Below, piece by piece: positions 56,496 through 63,548 of a stretch of 64,000 nt of DNA. The stretch covers positions 1-64,000 of the IMG/VR virus record IMGVR_UViG_3300009408_000001. One strand, written 5' to 3'. A program made the translations under genes and the position numbers. Numbering within the stretch: position 1 is the stretch's first letter; each line of letters begins with the position of its first letter. Origin of the DNA: a virus. The notes under the pieces were generated by a model, which saw nothing but the letters and a program-made list of their open reading frames with translations, searched no databases and had not been told where the DNA came from.

Positions 56496-58196
56496 TTAAC
56501 TCCTACTTACTCTTGCTTCCACCATGCAGGAAACAGAGAGTGTTATTGAAATGGTGTCCGCATTAACGCGGTCCACACGCACTGCATCCCTTCGCCACAC
56601 GAGGTCTGTATCTTGTACCCAAATTACCGCAGATACAAAGTTATCGCCCAGCTTGTGGTTTATAGTGTGGACAGTACTCGGTTGGGTTGAGGAATAGTCG
56701 AAAGTACCGGACTTACCATCTAGCACAACTACCCGCAATGCTTCCATTGATGCTGCTAGTGCAGACAAGTCAAGGGTTAAACGATCTTGCTTATCCAGAA
56801 CAACCGCATGTTCAACTCTGGCCAACCCAGCAGCAGACGGGGAATCTTCCACGACTGGCTGAACAACCACCTTCATTCCTGAGTTGCCACTGGACGATAC
56901 CGCAACGGTGTTCAATGAAGACATGCTGATCTTTGTTAGATCATTGCGGTAAATACCCGCACCATCATGAACCCAAACTGTAACAGTAACGAACCCTGTG
57001 TTAAGTAAATGGTTTATGTTTTCCAGTGCAGAGGTGGATTCCAACTTTACAATGTACGCATTGGCCAGTGGTTTCTGAAGTACCACCTTGACGGTAGAGG
57101 GGAAGTCCGTTTCCACCAGAGCGTTGTTGTTGTCGAGGGTGGTTACCCGGGTCATGTCCTGTGTCCACAGGCCATTCCGTTTAACCCACACACAACTGGA
57201 TAGGAACCCACTGTTTAACTCATGTAGAATCGGGTGGTTTGTCTTAGCTGTGAGTGACTCGTACACAAACCCATTGGATATAACCCGTCTGATGCATGCA
57301 CGGAGTCGAATGGGAACGTCCGATGTTACCATAACGGTATTCGCGTCGGTCATCGTCGCATTGGTAATAGGTACAGCAAACGTACCGTCATCGTCTTCTG
57401 CCCAGAATTGAACATCTAGGTCAAAGGAGTTAAGCGCATGTGTGACGATGTGTTCCGTTGCAGGGAGTCTCGAATAGTAACTGTACCCGTCCACATTTTC
57501 GTACTGAGTGTAGTACCCGTCTTCAATAGTCTTCTTTAGAGAAGCGTATTCTTCAGAAGAATCTTTGAAGGACTGGTCAATCGCATTGAACTCAGATCTA
57601 ACGACACTCTGTTTCTGCTCTACGGTTTGTTGCCGCAGTTCGACCTCTGTAACCTGTACCAGGGTGGCCGACGTAGAGTTCTCTGGGGTAAGTCCCTTTA
57701 CCGTTTCCGCTATAGCGGAAACCCCGTCGGTAAGTGCAGCACAGAGTTGATCGTTTTTAAGAAGCGGCCGTCTAAACTCCCGCTGGTATCGTTCGTTTCC
57801 TCTGAAATCCAGCCAGTGTTGTGGACTAGATTTATCAAAGGTGGGTTTGACCATCTCTTCTTGGATCGCATTCACCAGGATCGTATCTACGTACCCACCA
57901 ACTGCTTGGTACGTTACGCGGATATATCTGAACCGGTTATTAGAAACCAGATAGGTGTGTACTTCCCTTGACGTCATGGACGTGAGGGGTAAGAAGAGTG
58001 GTGAGAAATGGTAATCGAGGTTTTCTTTAAGAGGGACCCACCCTGCGGTTTGTGCTAGGTCATTCCCTTCCAGTACTAAGGTGTGTTTGTAAAACGCACC
58101 ACGGGTTGGAAATATACCTACCGTCCTAAGGGTGTCATGTACTTCTGTGAATCGATTAGCCGCCGCGCCTGCTGTCTCGTCGTATGTAACCGCCAT
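56496..58196 (-). CDS. Tail-associated virion protein (gp131-type N-domain plus four H-x-L beta repeats)
   Basis: G.FY...L.EN.DY...YQAVGG; repeats HIVTHAL, HPILHEL, ENINHLL, HTINHKL each followed by V..W..D. Confidence 0.65.
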   Translation of the reverse strand: MAVTYDETAGAAANRFTEVHDTLRTVGIFPTRGAFYKHTLVLEGNDLAQTAGWVPLKENLDYHFSPLFLPLTSMTSREVHTYLVSNNRFRYIRVTYQAVGGYVDTILVNAIQEEMVKPTFDKSSPQHWLDFRGNERYQREFRRPLLKNDQLCAALTDGVSAIAETVKGLTPENSTSATLVQVTEVELRQQTVEQKQSVVRSEFNAIDQSFKDSSEEYASLKKTIEDGYYTQYENVDGYSYYSRLPATEHIVTHALNSFDLDVQFWAEDDDGTFAVPITNATMTDANTVMVTSDVPIRLRACIRRVISNGFVYESLTAKTNHPILHELNSGFLSSCVWVKRNGLWTQDMTRVTTLDNNNALVETDFPSTVKVVLQKPLANAYIVKLESTSALENINHLLNTGFVTVTVWVHDGAGIYRNDLTKISMSSLNTVAVSSSGNSGMKVVVQPVVEDSPSAAGLARVEHAVVLDKQDRLTLDLSALAASMEALRVVVLDGKSGTFDYSSTQPSTVHTINHKLGDNFVSAVIWVQDTDLVWRRDAVRVDRVNADTISITLSVSCMVEARVSRS

Positions 58197-59225
58197 TTAG
58201 GAACTCACTCTCACTAGGGTTATTCCACATGAAATCCCATCACCACTCACAATCGTTCGTGTGGATGAGGTCTTTACTGTCCGTATTTGTACCGAAACAG
58301 TATCTCGTGCTGCTAGTCCAAGTAAGTCATTCGCTAAAACAGAAGAAGGTTTGATTCTCCCATTCACCGCATATCGGAACTCGTACGCCAGTGGTCCACT
58401 CGCATCTGTCACCGTGGGGTTACCACAGACATTAAGCATATAGCTACCGGTGTACTGAACGGTTAAACTGAGTCCGATGTCCCTCCATTCTCCCGCAACT
58501 GAAATTCCCATGTCCCTAAGGAGACCACCGGTGTTTGCAGAGTTGTGATAAATGGTATTGGATTCCGCGATGATGCGAAGTGCATCGGCCAGGGAACTCA
58601 TTGACGTTACTATCGGTTCAACCAACGAAGTATCTAAGTCTAGGATATCTTCCATCATGATATTTCTATCTGGGGAAGCCAAGACTGTAGAAAGGACTTG
58701 TACTGCCTGCAAGATTGCATCAGTACCGGCCACATTTGAAAGTGTGACATTGTGTGGGGTTGGTGGGAACACTGGATCGACATTCACCACGGTTTCCCAT
58801 GGTGTGTTGATGAGAGAATTTAGCGTGTCCATACCGCTGGAAACCGCTTGGGTTTCTGCGTTTACGTACTTACCACCGAGTGTCCGGTAGATTAAGCGAT
58901 ATGACCCACTTCTGTTGGTATCTAAGAATCCGATTGCTCCAACAATGGGTTTACCTACCTCATCAGTGCCCTTTTCAAATGGCCATGCTGGAAAGTAGTC
59001 TCTCGTGGGTTCAAGCGGTTGGCCTGACTCCATGTCTATCACCACCACGGATTCCGCATAAAACGGAGCGTAGGTGGGTACCAAGTAGTTGTAAGAAGAG
59101 CCGTTGACGAGACTGATTGTGTGGACCTCGTCGGATATACGGTTACCTGGTAATGTTCCCAGGGGATCAAAATCGAAAGCCATAATGGTTACTCCTGGGC
59201 GATATTCATAATATTTAACTGACAC
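58197..59225 (-). CDS. Tail/baseplate-associated virion protein (phiKZ gp131-135-type N-domain)
   Basis: FDPLGTLPGNRISDEVH...VPTYAPFY...DY....YRTLGG...WE.V..V..FPP..H. Confidence 0.7.
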   Translation of the reverse strand: MSVKYYEYRPGVTIMAFDFDPLGTLPGNRISDEVHTISLVNGSSYNYLVPTYAPFYAESVVVIDMESGQPLEPTRDYFPAWPFEKGTDEVGKPIVGAIGFLDTNRSGSYRLIYRTLGGKYVNAETQAVSSGMDTLNSLINTPWETVVNVDPVFPPTPHNVTLSNVAGTDAILQAVQVLSTVLASPDRNIMMEDILDLDTSLVEPIVTSMSSLADALRIIAESNTIYHNSANTGGLLRDMGISVAGEWRDIGLSLTVQYTGSYMLNVCGNPTVTDASGPLAYEFRYAVNGRIKPSSVLANDLLGLAARDTVSVQIRTVKTSSTRTIVSGDGISCGITLVRVSS

Positions 59226-59246
59226 AACCCAATATGGATAAGAACT

Positions 59247-60467
59247 ATGTATGAACTAATCAAAACCTACGTTAGACTTAATTACGAGTGGTCGGTTCTA
59301 GACGCTTCGGATGTTGTTGTAAGTGAATTACTGGGTGCCTACGATACGGTACATGTGGTTATGCACGATGGAGAACAGAGTCACAATGTTATCGACCTTT
59401 ATGATTCCTCATTTGGACAAGACATCACCCGGTTATCCCAAACCCTGAGTACCTGGGTTGCGGCCACTTCCAGTACCGATATGGTAATGTTTGTTAGTCA
59501 CCTGGACCACTCTAAGGTAAAGCGAATGCACGTGAGTGATCTACTTGCGTACCCGGTGAAGATCGCACTTGGGGACTCTACCAACGTCGCAGATGAAGAA
59601 GTCCCACACGGTGGAGCACTGGACATGGTGATAACCAACAAACCGGATGCCGACAAGGATTACGTTTCCGCAATGGCCTCGGGTTGCCTGGTTGCGGTGA
59701 ATGATTATATCTTACCTACCACGTTAGTCGGTAAGTCTCTATTTGTAATTGATGCGAAACCCTTCCTGTCCCTTACAAAGGACACCGCACCCATGGTGAC
59801 CGTCTTAAACCTATCTCCCCTTGGTAAGTGGGTGGACTTTGAGATAACCCGTGAGAACGCACATGTGTTGGAGAGACGTGCAGTAGATAAGGACCGTAAC
59901 CAAACCAGAGTGATTGTAGAAGTCGGTACGTTGGCTGCGGGTACTCCTCTTCTGGTACTGGGTGGACAGCCTCATTTTCTAGATGGCACGGTCACCACTG
60001 TAGATCGAGAACACGTTACCATCATTGTGAGTCACAGATCGGTTGCACGCCGTGGGGTGGAACTCCCACCGGGGGTTGATACATATGGGACAACCATGTC
60101 TGGTGTGGTGGATTCTGACTTTGACCCAATTGGATACCTAATGGGCCCTATGTGTCGCCTCCTTCTGATGGAGAACGATGACATCAATCGAAACATCCGT
60201 TTAGCGGGTAGAACTGGGATCCCAGGCGAGTACACTTTGTTTCAGGGTACCGATGCGCTGATGGTACAATCTAACGGAGACATGGCTAGTTACTACATTA
60301 CGGGTAGGTCAGAGCACAACTTTGCGTTGAGTACCACGGTGGGAATGCGTAAGAACTACCTGAGTGAGACAGCGGGGCACGTACCCTGTGAAGGTGGGAA
60401 CCAACGGGTGGATACATCACCCTACCCGGACGAGGTGAGATTACTGGCATTGTACAGCACGAAGTAA
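59247..60467 (+). CDS. phiKZ-like virion structural protein
   Basis: 406 aa, divergent from the tail block; MY.....W...D.S....L...Y, CLVAVN, LLVLGG..H and R.G.PG.Y patterns recalled from phiKZ-family proteins. Confidence 0.55.
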   Translation: MYELIKTYVRLNYEWSVLDASDVVVSELLGAYDTVHVVMHDGEQSHNVIDLYDSSFGQDITRLSQTLSTWVAATSSTDMVMFVSHLDHSKVKRMHVSDLLAYPVKIALGDSTNVADEEVPHGGALDMVITNKPDADKDYVSAMASGCLVAVNDYILPTTLVGKSLFVIDAKPFLSLTKDTAPMVTVLNLSPLGKWVDFEITRENAHVLERRAVDKDRNQTRVIVEVGTLAAGTPLLVLGGQPHFLDGTVTTVDREHVTIIVSHRSVARRGVELPPGVDTYGTTMSGVVDSDFDPIGYLMGPMCRLLLMENDDINRNIRLAGRTGIPGEYTLFQGTDALMVQSNGDMASYYITGRSEHNFALSTTVGMRKNYLSETAGHVPCEGGNQRVDTSPYPDEVRLLALYSTK

Positions 60468-60489
60468 CCGGACTGTCTCTATTGGGCCC

Positions 60490-60560
60490 GAACCCGTTTC
60501 AAAACCGTATTACCTTACTGATAACACGTCCGTGTTATTTATTCTAAGTGGAGCAGTGGT
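60490..60560 (+). promoter_or_regulatory. Early promoter module, cassette 1
   Basis: aaaaccgTATTAC (60508-60513), ataacac-gtcc-gtgttat hairpin, GGAG. Confidence 0.8.
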
Positions 60561-60836
60561 ATGGAAAAGGGTATTAACGTGGGGTTCGAGAAATTAATCG
60601 AAAGCTTCAGGGCAGAGACAGTCCAACTCGAGGACAAATGGCGTGCAGGAACACTGTACCGGCAACTTAAGTACCGTCGGTTAATGGGTTACTCCCGTCA
60701 CCATCGGTCCATTGTGGATGTGGCTAAAAGGGAAGATGAGTTAGAGGAGGCTCACATCCTGATGCTCGCCGAAAGGACACGCGAATTTCACAAATACCTG
60801 AAGGGGTTCGGATACTACGGTTTGTTTCTAGGATAA
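60561..60836 (+). CDS. 91-aa helical early protein, paralogue 1
   Basis: F.KLIE..R..T.Q.E / HI..LAE.T..F...LK..GY.G.FL shared with the next two ORFs. Confidence 0.8.
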   Translation: MEKGINVGFEKLIESFRAETVQLEDKWRAGTLYRQLKYRRLMGYSRHHRSIVDVAKREDELEEAHILMLAERTREFHKYLKGFGYYGLFLG

Positions 60837-60848
60837 ACCAACATAAGC

Positions 60849-60879
60849 AGGAGGCCCTTAACGGGGCCTCTTTCTTTTT
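60849..60879 (+). terminator. Intrinsic terminator (repeat family)
   Basis: aggaggccc-ttaacg-gggcctct plus T tract. Confidence 0.85.
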
Positions 60880-60962
60880 GCCGTTTCAGCCATTATTAAA
60901 AACCATATTACCTTACTGATAACACATCCGTGTTATTTAACCAATTTGGAGATACAAAGATT
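60880..60962 (+). promoter_or_regulatory. Early promoter module, cassette 2
   Basis: aaaaaccaTATTAC (60906-60911), ataacac-atcc-gtgttat hairpin, GGAGA. Confidence 0.85.
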
Positions 60963-61238
60963 ATGGAAACAATTACCGATGAGATGTTCCAGAAATTAAT
61001 AGAAAAATTCAGAGTAGTGACAGTCCAGATCGAGGAGACATACCGTGCAAACGCACTTGTACGGCAACGTAAGTGCCGTCGGATAGTTGGCAATCCAAGT
61101 ACTCCGCGTCTCGAGGAGGAGTTGGTTAAAATGGAAGATAGGGCATGTGAGAGACACATCACGTTACTAGCAGAAAGGACACGCAGGTTTCAAGACCACC
61201 TGAAGCGGCTCGGATACCGTGGGGTGTTTCTAGGATAG
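60963..61238 (+). CDS. 91-aa helical early protein, paralogue 2
   Basis: ATG 60963; 276 nt like its paralogues. Confidence 0.8.
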   Translation: METITDEMFQKLIEKFRVVTVQIEETYRANALVRQRKCRRIVGNPSTPRLEEELVKMEDRACERHITLLAERTRRFQDHLKRLGYRGVFLG

Positions 61239-61249
61239 GCAACATAAGC

Positions 61250-61281
61250 AGGAGGCCCTTAACGGGGCCTCTTGTTTCTTT
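61250..61281 (+). terminator. Intrinsic terminator (repeat family)
   Basis: aggaggccc-ttaacg-gggcctct. Confidence 0.8.
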
Positions 61282-61371
61282 GCCGTTAATGGAATCAAGG
61301 ATTCTGAAATACCACATTACCTTACTGATAACACGTCCGTGTTATTTAATCCATTTGGAGATACAAAGACT
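61282..61371 (+). promoter_or_regulatory. Early promoter module, cassette 3
   Basis: accaCATTAC (61315-61320), ataacac-gtcc-gtgttat hairpin, GGAGA. Confidence 0.8.
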
Positions 61372-61647
61372 ATGGCAAAAATTACCGATGAGATGTTCCA
61401 GAAATTAATCGAAGAGCACCGGGAACTAACCACACAGCTCGAGAAAGCCTACCACACTGGTGTGGCAAAACGTAAGAACGAGGCCAACCTGGCCTTTGGT
61501 GACGCAATTAGCCCTCGTTTCGAGGAAAAAATGGCTAAACTTGAGGCGAAGATCCAAGAGGAGCACATCCTGTTCCTCGCCGAAAAGACACTCGAATTTA
61601 ACAAAGTACTTAAGAAGTACGGCTACACGGGGGTGTTTCTAAGATAG
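61372..61647 (+). CDS. 91-aa helical early protein, paralogue 3
   Basis: ATG 61372; 276 nt. Confidence 0.8.
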   Translation: MAKITDEMFQKLIEEHRELTTQLEKAYHTGVAKRKNEANLAFGDAISPRFEEKMAKLEAKIQEEHILFLAEKTLEFNKVLKKYGYTGVFLR

Positions 61648-61661
61648 TAAGTAACATAAGC

Positions 61662-61694
61662 AGGAGGCCCTTAACGGGGCCTCTTTCTTTTTTT
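61662..61694 (+). terminator. Intrinsic terminator (repeat family)
   Basis: aggaggccc-ttaacg-gggcctct plus T tract. Confidence 0.85.
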
Positions 61695-61846
61695 GCCGTA
61701 TTTACTAAAACTGGTTTCAATGATCCTGAAACATTAGATTACCTTAGCGAGCATAGACAATATTGTTTAGATCTATCATGGTACACAACCGTTAAGCGCA
61801 ACGGTTGTTTACCCGGGCAATATCGCCCAACCCTTAGGAGATTGAC
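61695..61846 (+). promoter_or_regulatory. Variant early promoter and structured leader of csx16
   Basis: GATTACctta (61738), acaaccgtt-aagcgc-aacggttgt perfect hairpin, gggc-aatatc-gccc, AGGAGA RBS. Confidence 0.55.
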
Positions 61847-62137
61847 ATGTTTAAAACTTACTTCATCTCGCGCCATGCCGGTGCACAGGACTGGGCCTTG
61901 GCCCAGGGTATTGAGGCCGAAATGGTCTCACACTTCGACCCATCTGTCGTTAAAGATGGTGACATTGTGATGGGCACATTGCCCGTCCAAATGGTGGCGG
62001 CTGTAGTCGCTTCCGGTGCTCGGTACTTGCACCTCACCATGTCCATCCCAGCAGAAATGCGTGGAAAAGAAATCAGTTCTTCCATGATGAACGAAATGGG
62101 GGCATCTCTGCAAGAGTTTACTGTTAAGGCCATTTAG
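61847..62137 (+). CDS. csx16: Csx16 (Cas_VVA1548) homologue; candidate cyclic-oligoadenylate ring nuclease / anti-type III CRISPR
   Basis: 96 aa; YFISRHAGAQDW, GDIVMGTLPVQMVAAV, GARYLHL, EMRGKEIS...MGASLQEF match the Csx16 family along its full length. Confidence 0.85.
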   Translation: MFKTYFISRHAGAQDWALAQGIEAEMVSHFDPSVVKDGDIVMGTLPVQMVAAVVASGARYLHLTMSIPAEMRGKEISSSMMNEMGASLQEFTVKAI

Positions 62138-62149
62138 GTCTTAGCAGTT

Positions 62150-62185
62150 CCCAGTGCGCGCTTGCGCTGGGGCTCTTTCTTTTTT
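62150..62185 (+). terminator. Intrinsic terminator
   Basis: cccagtgc-gcgctt-gcgctggg plus T-rich tract. Confidence 0.6.
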
Positions 62186-62199
62186 GTATCTCCGCAGGT

Positions 62200-62267
62200 A
62201 TTCAGAACCATATTACATAAGTGAGCATGAGCAATTGACTTATGTATTAATTATAACGGAGTACAAC
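62200..62267 (+). promoter_or_regulatory. Early promoter
   Basis: agaaccaTATTAC (62211-62216), ataagt...acttat hairpin, GGAG. Confidence 0.7.
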
Positions 62268-62501
62268 ATGTTGTATGTACAAAGACTGTGGGCGATATGT
62301 GTGATTGTCCACTCCCAGAAGACCCTGAGACAGGACTTCACGAAAACGACCTGGTTCTCCATAGCCAGTGGTTCAATCAAGGGCCCCAGAGGCATTGCCC
62401 TGTTCAGCACCTTCCCTGTAGTATCGGGGATCTTTGTATCGTTCATGGTAGTTTGGGCTATCCTGCGTCCCATCTTTAAACGAATAGGTAAGAAAATATG
62501 A
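62268..62501 (+). CDS. Small membrane protein
   Basis: ATG 62268; C-terminal TM plus basic tail. Confidence 0.6.
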   Translation: MLYVQRLWAICVIVHSQKTLRQDFTKTTWFSIASGSIKGPRGIALFSTFPVVSGIFVSFMVVWAILRPIFKRIGKKI

Positions 62502-62782
62502 AAGACGTATATCTAGTAATCGTAACATTGGTCTTGTTGGGTATTGCTCAGTTCGCACAGGCGAACAACGTAATTGTAGTTGCAGTACAATGTTCGTCCA
62601 ACGTGGTGGTCATTTCCATCAATGATAAGAAACAAACCACGGCGGTAACCATACCGTACAACCACCCTAACTACAGGGCAATACAAATGCGGGTGGATTC
62701 TCTTGCCGTGTGGGCAAATGGGAGCCGTGCTGTTGAACTGTGTCGGGTCTTCTCTGGAATGGGAGCACCTGGTGGTGTTTAA
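62498..62782 (+). CDS. Small exported protein (signal-peptide-like)
   Basis: MKDVYLVIVTLVLLGIAQFAQA-NN, AxA cleavage-like site; ATGA overlap. Confidence 0.6.
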   Translation: MKDVYLVIVTLVLLGIAQFAQANNVIVVAVQCSSNVVVISINDKKQTTAVTIPYNHPNYRAIQMRVDSLAVWANGSRAVELCRVFSGMGAPGGV

Positions 62783-62909
62783 GTGGTTACTGAGTTCGAT
62801 TGCCACACTGATGCTCTTAACCATACTAGGGTTATATTTCATTGTACCACACATGGTACCTACCGAGGTATATTACATGCAACCGGGAGCAATCGAACTC
62901 GACAAATAA
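62775..62909 (+). CDS. Small membrane protein (44 aa)
   Basis: GTG 62775 with GGGAG upstream; TM WLLSSIATLMLLTILGLYFIV. Confidence 0.5.
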   Translation: MFKWLLSSIATLMLLTILGLYFIVPHMVPTEVYYMQPGAIELDK

Positions 62910-62912
62910 CAG

Positions 62913-62947
62913 CATAAATCCTCCCCAGTATGGGGAGGGTTTCTATG
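62913..62947. terminator. Bidirectional terminator
   Basis: CATAaatcctcccca-gta-tggggagggtttcTATG. Confidence 0.8.
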
Positions 62948-63545
62948 CACCGAGGGCAACCAATGCTTCTTCCAGTAAAGCTATCTTTTTTTCCAATGTT
63001 CCGATGGTGTTGTTCAGGTGACTTACTGTGGCGTGGGCGGATGTCCTGTCTCGGATCGCAATAGACCTAGCTCGTTCCAATTCTAGTATGGACGATGCAG
63101 GAATTGGATAGGAGGTAGGGTACCTGTGTTCGGTTATGTGAGGCTTAACCCCAATTACATCTGAGCACAGGTCAGCTATGGCACCCTTCACTGACTTTAG
63201 GGGTAGGGCGTCCGAAACGTACCCCAGTGAAACTGAGAGGTATATTTCATTGTACCCACTGCCACCGCCTGTTGGAACACCGGTAAGGAAGGCATCCGGT
63301 AGGATAGCGCTAGCACCACCACCCGCAGGTGTCAAGGTGACCATACTTACACCCGCTTGCAGGTGTAACTGGTACGTTGCCTCGGTGATTCCTTTTGGGG
63401 CATAGTACGCTACGTATACGTTGGTACCCCGACTTGTCAGTTCACCAATCGTTTCAATCGCGGTACAGGTGTAGGTTACCCCGTTACCAACCACAAAGGG
63501 TGGGGATGCCGTGTAAATCCCCGTTGCGTTAATTAGGGGTACCAT
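62943..63545 (-). CDS. phiKZ-like virion structural protein
   Basis: P.IN..G.Y...PF....Y.C.AI....EL...G..Y..YY.P.G and Y....LSVSLG...D...L...I.....D.IGV.P pattern; C-terminal coiled coil. Confidence 0.6.
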   Translation of the reverse strand: MVPLINATGIYTASPPFVVGNGVTYTCTAIETIGELTSRGTNVYVAYYAPKGITEATYQLHLQAGVSMVTLTPAGGGASAILPDAFLTGVPTGGGSGYNEIYLSVSLGYVSDALPLKSVKGAIADLCSDVIGVKPHITEHRYPTSYPIPASSILELERARSIAIRDRTSAHATVSHLNNTIGTLEKKIALLEEALVALGA

Positions 63546-63548
63546 TGG

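Noticed and set aside
60490-61760. Roughly 400-bp periodic repeats next to csx16 as a CRISPR or mini-CRISPR array
   Set aside because: The repeats are terminator and promoter elements and the intervening DNA consists of paralogous ORFs, not unique 30-40 nt spacers. No 25-40 nt repeat-spacer array was seen anywhere.
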